From Candidatus Bathyarchaeia archaeon (lineage in GTDB: Archaea > Thermoproteota > CALKCG01 > B24): 64,000 nucleotides of DNA. This document shows positions 56,769 to 64,000 of this stretch, piece after piece. A program made the translations under genes and the position numbers. The stretch lies in NCBI GenBank assembly GCA_038870975.1, contig JAVZJD010000002.1, positions 512,001 through 576,000 of the forward strand, in the 5' to 3' direction. Position 1 is the first letter of the stretch; every line of letters starts with the position of its first letter. The notes beneath the pieces were generated by a model that was not told the origin of the DNA, made no database searches, and saw only the letters and a list, made by a program, of their open reading frames with translations.

Positions 56769-56936
56769 ATGCCAGTAAGAGACCCGGCTAAAAAAGCCAT
56801 AGCTCAAGCTAGGAGACTGTTTATTAAAATTTGCCGTACATGCGGAGCTAGAAATTCTCCGAAGGCAGAAAAATGTAGGAAGTGCCACTCATACAACCTC
56901 AGGTGGAAACATAGAGAAATCATGGGTAAGAAGTAG
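56769..56936 (+). CDS. rpl40e: 50S ribosomal protein eL40 (55 aa)
   Basis: Below the track cutoff. Manual translation: MPVRDPAKKAIAQARRLFIKICRTCGARNSPKAEKCRKCHSYNLRWKHREIMGKK. Confidence 0.95.
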   Translation: MPVRDPAKKAIAQARRLFIKICRTCGARNSPKAEKCRKCHSYNLRWKHREIMGKK

Positions 56937-56980
56937 ATTTAAAACTTAAAATCCCAATTTCCTAGAACAGTTATAGTATG

Positions 56981-57055
56981 GGGCCGGTAGTCTAGCTTGG
57001 TATGGACGCCACGCTCACACCGTGGAGATCGCCGGTTCAAATCCGGCCCGGCCCA
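56981..57055 (+). tRNA. tRNA-Val (anticodon CAC); no intron, CCA not encoded
   Basis: Acceptor stem GGGCCGG/CCGGCCC-A, anticodon arm CCACG-CT CAC AC-CGTGG, T arm GCCGG-TTCAAAT-CCGGC. Confidence 0.96.
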
Positions 57056-57217
57056 CGCGAATTTTTAAGTAAATTCTTAAATGTTGAAACGTTTATGATA
57101 ATACCCCTCCTACTCCGGACATTATCTATCTCCGACTGCTGGTTTTATCGCTTTACGGTAGAATTTCTTAAATGTTTATAAGCACAGTTCCACGATTCCA
57201 TATTTGGAAGATTTTAC

Positions 57218-57538
57218 ATGAAGCTTCCGGGTAAAGCCATCGTGTGGCTTATTTATTTTGACGCTTCTATAACCCGTAGATTTGGAAGAAGAGTCCCGCG
57301 AAAACTGGCTGTTGAATCTCCAACTCTAGAAGAACTTGTTGAGGCATGTAAACGGCTTAATCTAAGTTTTCAGGTGAGGGAGTCTGCTAGATACCCTAGG
57401 ATGTGGTGGAGTAGAAGAGGCTATGTTATAGTGGATAAGTCTACATCTAAGGGGAGGCTTCTAGAGGCATTAGCCTTGGAAATGAGGCTGTTAAGAGGTG
57501 AAAAAAGTAGACATGGAGGTTATTTAGAAAAATCTTGA
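57218..57538 (+). CDS. srp19: Signal recognition particle protein Srp19
   Basis: IVWLIYFDA, GRRVPR.LAVESP, YPRMWW. Confidence 0.92.
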   Translation: MKLPGKAIVWLIYFDASITRRFGRRVPRKLAVESPTLEELVEACKRLNLSFQVRESARYPRMWWSRRGYVIVDKSTSKGRLLEALALEMRLLRGEKSRHGGYLEKS

Positions 57539-57586
57539 AATAGAAAACTTTATTTAAGCTTTTTAGATTTTTACTTCCCTGTCCCC

Positions 57587-57844
57587 TTGAAAAATCCTAA
57601 AAAACCTCAAATTTTACGAGCGGCTGGTAGAGTGTTTACAATTTCTAAGCAAGGCAGTATCATAGTTAAACTTGAGGGCTTTGTACCGCGACTTGGTACA
57701 AAAGTTTATGATAAAAACCTTAAACCCTTAGGGGTTGTAGTAGATGTGATAGGTAATGTTAAGTCTCCATATATGGTTGTGAGGCCTCTTGAATCTAAAG
57801 AATCTGGTAAAATAGTGGGGGATAGCCTTTACGTTAAAGATTAA
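57587..57844 (+). CDS. gar1: H/ACA RNP protein Gar1
   Basis: LGVVVDVIGNVKSPY; located between srp19 and tfb. Confidence 0.85.
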   Translation: MKNPKKPQILRAAGRVFTISKQGSIIVKLEGFVPRLGTKVYDKNLKPLGVVVDVIGNVKSPYMVVRPLESKESGKIVGDSLYVKD

Positions 57845-57863
57845 CCCTCCTAGGGGGGTTTGT

Positions 57864-58775
57864 TTGAGTGGTGGAGTAAAGTGCCCCGAGTGTGGAAATC
57901 GTAATCTTATTAAGGACCATGATTCAGGCGAAATCGTATGTTCCAACTGTGGTTATGTTATTGATGACAGACTTCCAGACAGTGGTCCAGAGTGGAGAGC
58001 TTTTGACGATGAACAGCGTAATAAGAGGTCTAGAGTTGGAGCTCCTACAACTTATACCATGCATGATAAAGGACTTTCTACGACTATAGACTGGAAGCGG
58101 TTTTCATATTCAACTAGAAAGATGGATCAAACAAAGGCTTTGCAGATATATAATCTTCGTAAATGGCAGAGAAGGATTAGACTCTCAGATTCTTCCGAGA
58201 GAAATCTTGCTTTTGCTCTTACGGAGTTGAGTAAAATATCTATGTCACTAAACACTCCAAAGCACGTTCTTGAAACGGCTTCACTGATCTACCGGAAGGC
58301 TCTTAAGAAGAGGCTTATAAGGGGTAGGAGTATTCAAGGGATCGTTGCGGCTTCCATATACATGGCGTGTAGACTCTGCGGTTTGGCTAGAACGTTAGAT
58401 GAGATTTCAAGGGTAACGATGATGGATAAGAGAGAGATAGCCAGGAGCTACCGTTTTATAGTTAAAGAACTTAGCGAATTTATCCCCCCAGTAGACCCAA
58501 TCGCCTATGTATCTAGATTTTCGAATCAATTGGGTATCCAAGGAAGAACTGAGGAAATAGCATGCGAGATAGTTAAAAAAGCCGTAGAGCTTAAACTTAC
58601 TTGTGGTCGGGGTCCTACTGGCGTAGCGGCAGCGGCTTTATATCTCGCGTCAATTCTAACTGGAAATAGACGAACGCAACGTGAGGTTGCCGAAGTGGCC
58701 AATGTAACGGAGGTTACTGTAAGAAACAGATATTCAGACATTTTAAAAAACCTCGACATAATCATCTGGGTTTAA
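57864..58775 (+). CDS. tfb: Transcription initiation factor IIB
   Basis: Zn ribbon CPEC..CSNCG, GPEWRAF, HDKGLST, ERNL, TQREVA, VTVRNRY. Confidence 0.97.
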   Translation: MSGGVKCPECGNRNLIKDHDSGEIVCSNCGYVIDDRLPDSGPEWRAFDDEQRNKRSRVGAPTTYTMHDKGLSTTIDWKRFSYSTRKMDQTKALQIYNLRKWQRRIRLSDSSERNLAFALTELSKISMSLNTPKHVLETASLIYRKALKKRLIRGRSIQGIVAASIYMACRLCGLARTLDEISRVTMMDKREIARSYRFIVKELSEFIPPVDPIAYVSRFSNQLGIQGRTEEIACEIVKKAVELKLTCGRGPTGVAAAALYLASILTGNRRTQREVAEVANVTEVTVRNRYSDILKNLDIIIWV

Positions 58776-58831
58776 TAGAAATGTTTACTTAACCCTGCTA
58801 CCTTTTATTTTTCACGTCGGAGGATAATGCA

Positions 58832-59191
58832 TTGACGACTAGCGGTAAGAAGCGAAGAAACCTTGAAAAATTGGCTTTAAAGATAATCAACGAGAGTGGT
58901 GATGGGGGCATTCTACAAAGCGACTTATGGAAACGCATAGGCGTTACTAGTAGAGAAGGCTCTAGGATAGCGATTAGACTCGAGAAGAAGAAGCTTATAA
59001 GGAGGGAAAAAGAGTACCATTCAAAACGATGGACATACCGTCTATACCCAGTCAAAAAAAACCATCCATTCTTCCCAGTAGTAGAAAGCCCATGTATAAT
59101 ATGCGCAAACAACTCCAAATGTAGTGTCGAAGGAGTTGTCTCCCCCATTAACTGTAGGAAAATCATAGAGTGGGTTTTAAAGAGCGGGTAA
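58832..59191 (+). CDS. TFE beta subunit (RPC34/C39-like winged helix plus 4Fe-4S Cys cluster)
   Basis: GILQSDLWK...SRI..RLEKKKLI wHTH and PCIIC....C......SPINC; adjacent to tfb. Confidence 0.8.
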   Translation: MTTSGKKRRNLEKLALKIINESGDGGILQSDLWKRIGVTSREGSRIAIRLEKKKLIRREKEYHSKRWTYRLYPVKKNHPFFPVVESPCIICANNSKCSVEGVVSPINCRKIIEWVLKSG

Positions 59192-60359
59192 TCTCATTAA
59201 TCCCGTTTAAGATTTCCCTCAGAGGCGCATTTGTTCTAAATCCCTTGCCGTCGAAATGCGTTGGAGACGCATTATAACCCATTTCTCTAAGCTTTTCGAG
59301 CACTAAGGATTTAGATGGTGGGGGTATCTTGAGGAAAGAGGCTAATTCATCTATGACGTAATACGTTGGATCACCTAGAGATTCGGAAGCTATGGTTTCT
59401 AAAAGTTTGCCAAGCCTTCTGTTACTGCTTAAATGCGAATTTTTGTACTCTACAACTAACTGGTCGCAGAATTCTACATCGAAAAGTTCTCCAATCCACA
59501 GTGGACCAGCCCATTCCAACCTGTAGCCACAGTTCGGGCATAGATTAACCATATTATCTCCTAAGTCTACAAATTTCCTGTATAAGCAGTTGAAGCAGTG
59601 GTTTAAATACCCCAGTTTATCCAGAGTCTTCTCAGCCGCCATTGTGCCACGAGTGGTTTCAACGTATACTCTGATGTACTGTGACGTTCTATGGACGAGC
59701 AGAGGCTTAAGACCTCTATTGAGCAACGTACAATTTCTCGCGATAAAGCCCAGCAGAATTCTTACGGCTACTTCTGGATAATACTCAGTTTTTAAGGGTT
59801 TAGACCAATATCTTCTAAGACATGTCCTTGGATACCTTCCAGATAAAGGCGCCGTATCAGTCGCTGTTACAGCTAGTACACCCCCTATTTTAAGGCTTAG
59901 GAGAGCTGGCTGTATGAAAAATGCCGGAGAACCGAAAGGATCTACATCTACGAAGTCGAAACCATCCTGACGTATATCCTTCCTTAAAAGAAGTTCCCGA
60001 GCATCTAAATTAAAAACTTTTGCCTTTTCAGAGAAGCCGTTAGCCTTAAGGTTTATACGTATGAATTCCAATGCATCTGAGTTTAAATCATTTATAACTG
60101 CTTCCTTAACACTTAACCCTTCCATTAGAAATCTAATGCCTCTAACACCGCATCCGGCGAGTGGATCGCAGACCCTCAAATCTCCGCCTCTCTTTCTAGA
60201 GAGGACTCTAACAGCTAAAACAGCTATATCTCTATTTAAGGAGGCCTCAGGATTGTAGAAAACACGGGGTTTAGGTCTCCTTTCAGATAACGGTTTCAAT
60301 GCTTGAGATGTTAGGAATAAACGTACAAGTCCCTCTCTAGTCTCAACAAGACCATTCAA
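59163..60359 (-). CDS. trm1: tRNA (guanine26-N2)-dimethyltransferase
   Basis: VFYNP, NRD, GVRGIR, DVDPFGSP, TATD, GPLWIG, THF..GFRTNA. Confidence 0.95.
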   Translation of the reverse strand: MNGLVETREGLVRLFLTSQALKPLSERRPKPRVFYNPEASLNRDIAVLAVRVLSRKRGGDLRVCDPLAGCGVRGIRFLMEGLSVKEAVINDLNSDALEFIRINLKANGFSEKAKVFNLDARELLLRKDIRQDGFDFVDVDPFGSPAFFIQPALLSLKIGGVLAVTATDTAPLSGRYPRTCLRRYWSKPLKTEYYPEVAVRILLGFIARNCTLLNRGLKPLLVHRTSQYIRVYVETTRGTMAAEKTLDKLGYLNHCFNCLYRKFVDLGDNMVNLCPNCGYRLEWAGPLWIGELFDVEFCDQLVVEYKNSHLSSNRRLGKLLETIASESLGDPTYYVIDELASFLKIPPPSKSLVLEKLREMGYNASPTHFDGKGFRTNAPLREILNGINEITRSLKPTL

Positions 60360-60423
60360 GGATTCTACCTCAAATTTACAAATTTAGACTTGACATCTGT
60401 CTTGCCATCTCAAAGATTTGAAC

Positions 60424-61515
60424 CTATATAACTTCTGTTTCAGATGCAAGTCTTTCGGCTTCGGCTCTAGTTAAACCTTTAACTCCTATAATGGTCAATC
60501 TTTCTGGTCTTATCCTATGCGCTTTTGTAAGCGCTTCTACGATATACTCTGGGTCTATACCTAATTGCTTGGCATTGACGGGGGCACCAATCTTCATGAG
60601 GAAGTTTCTAATATCCTCCCAATTAAGCTTATGGAGATAAGCCATCATTATCGCCCCTACACCGCACTGCATACCATGTTCAGCACGTTCAAAACCATAC
60701 TTAAGCGATAACAGGTCTAAACTATGACTGAAGAGATGTTCTGCACCACTTGCTGGTCTACTACTGCCAGCTATACTCATGGAAACACCACTTCCTATCA
60801 AAGCTTTAACCACTGTTCTAACGGCTTTCTCACCTCCAGCTCTAATTATGTTGACACCGTTTTTAACTATGTTTGCAGCCATAAGTGCCATTGCTGCAGC
60901 GTACTCGCTATACTCTTCACCTTTAATCTTCTGTGCAAGGAGCCAATCATTCACAGCTACTATTTTAGATATTAAGTCTCCACATCCAGCAGCTAGACTT
61001 CTTCTGGATGCACTCGATATAATGGAGGTATCAGCTATTATGGCTACGGGAGCTCTGGCCTCTGTATATTCCACCCCCATGTTTTCAGTTATGTCCATCC
61101 TAAGTAGGAAGCTGACAACTGGGGATGCTATTCCGTCGTGTGATGCTGATGTTGGAAGACTTATGAACGGTTTGTCAAGCCACGCTGAGGCAAGTTTGGC
61201 AACATCGATAATTCGTCCACCTCCGACTCCTAGAACTACACTTGAGCCATCTGCCTTAAGCCTTTTAGCCAAGTTTTTAACATCCATATATGTAACTGGA
61301 TTGGATTCGACAACAAATGTTGAGACTTTGAAACCATTATCTGAAAGCAGTGAGTAGACTCTTTCGGCTATATTCTTAGTGAACGTCGCACCGGAGACAA
61401 GTTGTATTTTACCTCCAAGATGGAGCTTTTTAACAGCATACGGTAGTTTTTGAATAGCTTCGGCACCCATTATTACACATCTTGGAAACTCCATAATTTC
61501 CGTTTTAAAAGACAT
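60424..61515 (-). CDS. egsA: sn-glycerol-1-phosphate dehydrogenase
   Basis: GVGGGRIIDVAK, PTSASHDGIASP, SSRPASGAEHLFSH, HGMQCG. Confidence 0.95.
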   Translation of the reverse strand: MSFKTEIMEFPRCVIMGAEAIQKLPYAVKKLHLGGKIQLVSGATFTKNIAERVYSLLSDNGFKVSTFVVESNPVTYMDVKNLAKRLKADGSSVVLGVGGGRIIDVAKLASAWLDKPFISLPTSASHDGIASPVVSFLLRMDITENMGVEYTEARAPVAIIADTSIISSASRRSLAAGCGDLISKIVAVNDWLLAQKIKGEEYSEYAAAMALMAANIVKNGVNIIRAGGEKAVRTVVKALIGSGVSMSIAGSSRPASGAEHLFSHSLDLLSLKYGFERAEHGMQCGVGAIMMAYLHKLNWEDIRNFLMKIGAPVNAKQLGIDPEYIVEALTKAHRIRPERLTIIGVKGLTRAEAERLASETEVI

Positions 61516-61633
61516 TGAACTCTAAAGAGTAATTTCTACTTAAAAGGGTTTAAATTTTATTCAACATGGTTATGTTTGAGTCTAGTTTACGTAAAAGCTA
61601 GATACTTCAAGTTTTTCATGGTAGAGTATTCGG

Positions 61634-63166
61634 TTAGACTATTCCGATGGGTAGTCCATCTCCGCGAATATCCGTATATCCAGCTTTCAATCTGCCTTTA
61701 ACTTCAACAATAGAAGCTATGCCCATTCTAGCGGGATAACTTAGTTTCTTAAGCTCATATCCTTCTATACAATTGCCAACATAACCTTCTTCAAATTCTA
61801 TAAGAGCTGTACCGGGGTTCCACTGAAACCTCGGATGCTCTATGGCCTCTTGAGGGGGGAGCTCATAATCGATAATATTCGTCATTAATTGGCTATGAAA
61901 TAGCGGTCTATAATGTCCACCTGAAATTCCAACAGCCATAAGACTGCCACAATCATCCATCAAAACGGCGGAAAGTGTATGCAGGGGCTTTTTACGCGGT
62001 TCAAGTCTATTTACATGGTTTACATCTAGAGAGAATGAAGAAGCACGAGAATTCAAAGTAACGTTAAAGTTTGGTTCAGTGATGTAAGAGCCAAAATTAT
62101 GGAAAATACTCTGAATTGCAGATACTATCCAGCCTTCTTCATCGGCTACCGCAAAAAACGTCGTATCGCCGTCATAGAGCCCTTTAGTCTTGTTACTCAA
62201 TGAAATCTTCATGGCTTTAATGAAACTATCAGAAAGCAGTTCGTGGATCTTCAACCTCATAAATCTCGCATCTGTAACATATTGGTTTCTAATATCGTAG
62301 GCTGTCTTTGCAACATCAACAATTGTTTTAATCCGATCTATGGATTTGGACTGAAGGCTTTTAAGATCAAAGTCCTCTAAAAGTTTTAGAATATGTAGTG
62401 TTGTTATCCCCTGCGTGTTTGGAGGCATTTCATAAACCCTCCTACCACGGTAATCAATTGATATTGGAGTGCCAAACTCACTCTTATAATCTCTAAAGTC
62501 TTTCAGTTCTAGTATGCCGCCGAGAGAATTAACGTATTCTACGATGCTTTCAGCGATTTCACCCTCATAGAAACACCTTGGGTCAAAGCTTATCGATTCT
62601 AAGGCTTTAGCAAGACCTTTAAACGCTATTATGTCGCCTTCACGTGGAGGTTTTCCGTCTATTAGGTACGCTTCTCTTGAACCCCTATCGCTCGCAAGCT
62701 CATTTCTAAAGTTGTTGATAGCTCTACAGAGGCTTTGAGTAGCTGGAAAGCCCCGGGCAATTTTAATAGATGGAAGAATAAGCCTATTCCACTCCAATCT
62801 TCCGAACTTTCTCCATAAATTATATAGACCGTCAACCAATCCAGGTATAGAGATACAATAAACTCCATGAGACGGCATAGAGGAGAAACCTGAGCTTAAC
62901 ATGAAATCTAGTGTAAGCCTACTAGGAGTATAGCCACTTCCATTTAGAAAATACGTGTGCCCATCTGGGTCCATTAATAGAGCGAAAAAGTCTCCACCGA
63001 TTCCAGAAAGATGGGGTAAGACTACGCTTAATGAAAAACTTACAGCTACCGTAGCGTCAACAGCGTTTCCACCATCTTTTAAAACGCTAGCACCAACCAT
63101 AGAAGCTAAAGGATGTTCGGATGCAACAACACCATACAGAGAGTAAAACGGAGATTTGAAGTACAT
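61634..63166 (-). CDS. ggt: Gamma-glutamyltransferase family Ntn-hydrolase
   Basis: GGNAVDA, GIGGD, PPNTQG, autoprocessing GD|TT, KKPLHTL. No signal peptide. Confidence 0.88.
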   Translation of the reverse strand: MYFKSPFYSLYGVVASEHPLASMVGASVLKDGGNAVDATVAVSFSLSVVLPHLSGIGGDFFALLMDPDGHTYFLNGSGYTPSRLTLDFMLSSGFSSMPSHGVYCISIPGLVDGLYNLWRKFGRLEWNRLILPSIKIARGFPATQSLCRAINNFRNELASDRGSREAYLIDGKPPREGDIIAFKGLAKALESISFDPRCFYEGEIAESIVEYVNSLGGILELKDFRDYKSEFGTPISIDYRGRRVYEMPPNTQGITTLHILKLLEDFDLKSLQSKSIDRIKTIVDVAKTAYDIRNQYVTDARFMRLKIHELLSDSFIKAMKISLSNKTKGLYDGDTTFFAVADEEGWIVSAIQSIFHNFGSYITEPNFNVTLNSRASSFSLDVNHVNRLEPRKKPLHTLSAVLMDDCGSLMAVGISGGHYRPLFHSQLMTNIIDYELPPQEAIEHPRFQWNPGTALIEFEEGYVGNCIEGYELKKLSYPARMGIASIVEVKGRLKAGYTDIRGDGLPIGIV

Positions 63167-63229
63167 GGAATAGGAGTATTTAGAAGGCTGTATAAAACAT
63201 TAACGACTTGTATTAACAAGGCTCTAAAT

Positions 63230-63604
63230 TTAAACTTTATAATGGAAACACGACTTATATCCTTCGTGGCAAGCGTATCCTATTTGGTTTACTTTAAGCA
63301 ATACTGAGTCACGGTCACAGTCTATATATACTTCTTTTACGAGCTGTATATGTCCAGATTCTTCACCTTTGCGCCAAAGCTTCTTTCGAGATAAGCTCCA
63401 ATAGTGGGCTAAACCTGTTGTCAGCGTTCTTATAAATGCCTCTTTATTCATGAAAGCTACCATTAGAACCTCTCCCGTGGAAACATCTTGGGCAACAGCT
63501 ACTACGAAGCCTCCATTGTGTTTGTAGTTTAAAGAATCAGCTAATTTTTCAACCTCTTTAAGATTCACAGTGTGGCTACTCACTTTGAACACTTCTCCCT
63601 CCAT
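63230..63604 (-). CDS. hisI: Phosphoribosyl-AMP cyclohydrolase
   Basis: [24 protein letters not shown]. Confidence 0.95.
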   Translation of the reverse strand: MEGEVFKVSSHTVNLKEVEKLADSLNYKHNGGFVVAVAQDVSTGEVLMVAFMNKEAFIRTLTTGLAHYWSLSRKKLWRKGEESGHIQLVKEVYIDCDRDSVLLKVNQIGYACHEGYKSCFHYKV

Positions 63605-63893
63605 GACCTAACAACCTCCTCCTAATGAGTTCTTCAGGGATCTTGCTTGACTGAATTTTCATGAACGCAGCTAAGACAAGAACATGGTATATGAGGTCTG
63701 ATGCTTCGCTTACAGTGTCTCTTTCAGAGTATCTATAAGCGGCTTCAATAAGCTCTAAACATTCTTCAAGGATTTTATCAAGTATCGCCTCCAAGCCCTC
63801 TGACATAAGCTTACAAGTATAAGAGCTATTGATGGGCTTATCACGTCTCTCTTCTATAATTCTGTAAAGCTCATCTATAAAATGCCAACTCAT
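63576..63893 (-). CDS. hisE: Phosphoribosyl-ATP pyrophosphohydrolase
   Basis: [25 protein letters not shown]. Confidence 0.92.
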   Translation of the reverse strand: MSWHFIDELYRIIEERRDKPINSSYTCKLMSEGLEAILDKILEECLELIEAAYRYSERDTVSEASDLIYHVLVLAAFMKIQSSKIPEELIRRRLLGHGGRSVQSE

Positions 63894-64000
63894 ATTGACC
63901 ACTTCTTGAACATATCCATACTCAGTATCAATGCCTTTTAATGCCTAAACTATAGGCCTATTAATGTACTTCTTATTTTTAAAGCATTGTAATGCATTTC

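Noticed and set aside
57060-57217. SRP RNA or another ncRNA between tRNA-Val and srp19
   Set aside because: Too short and AT-rich for 7S RNA, with no convincing stem.
970-63307. Many 60-190 aa ORFs antisense to or overlapping confident genes (e.g. 18413-18895, 36836-37342, 48395-48904, 60779-61357)
   Set aside because: Shadow ORFs with no motifs, fully explained by the opposite-strand genes.
1-64000. CRISPR array, cas genes, rRNA, intact IS or provirus
   Set aside because: I saw no regularly spaced repeats, rRNA-like sequence, transposase or intact integrase. The region after tRNA-Val shows no att duplication.

Overview
64 kb of an AT-rich archaeal chromosome from the TACK group. A Bathyarchaeia-like lineage is my inference from gene content, the TFE-beta and eL40 types and an integrase relic. 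The backbone is housekeeping: cysS, uS15, class II RNR with a corrinoid adenosyltransferase, nep1, rnp4, the eS19-to-P1/L12 ribosomal/secretion superoperon, alaS, eL40, tRNA-Val(CAC), srp19, gar1, TFB, TFE-beta, trm1, egsA and hisE/hisI. Three accessory blocks are interleaved. (i) 1.9-11.5 kb: large membrane transporter, M20 peptidase, oxidoreductase, UroD/MtaA-like protein, deoC and GH127. (ii) 24.3-32.4 kb: a Dpp/Opp ABC transporter, DMT transporter and oxidoreductase inside the superoperon, plus a tyrosine-integrase relic. (iii) 35.4-40.7 kb: a decaying sugar island (GH30-like, GH4, aldolase pseudogene, deletion scar). The most promising candidate for an undescribed system is 44.7-53.3 kb. 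There a compact methanofuran biosynthesis cluster (mfnB, E, F, D, HisA-like Orf17) lacks mfnA/mfnC and is joined to a LysX/RimK-type ATP-grasp ligase with a ~60-aa insertion, an atypical pyruvoyl SpeD-like decarboxylase, a RAM-domain homocitrate synthase and an Lrp regulator. It may encode a variant methanofuran amine/tail pathway; this is a hypothesis. Other notable signals: an apparent ~18 kb inversion of the superoperon, uL11 with TTA in place of a start codon, and a divergent CdvB/ESCRT-III-like gene. All calls come from motif recognition by eye; no database searches were run.
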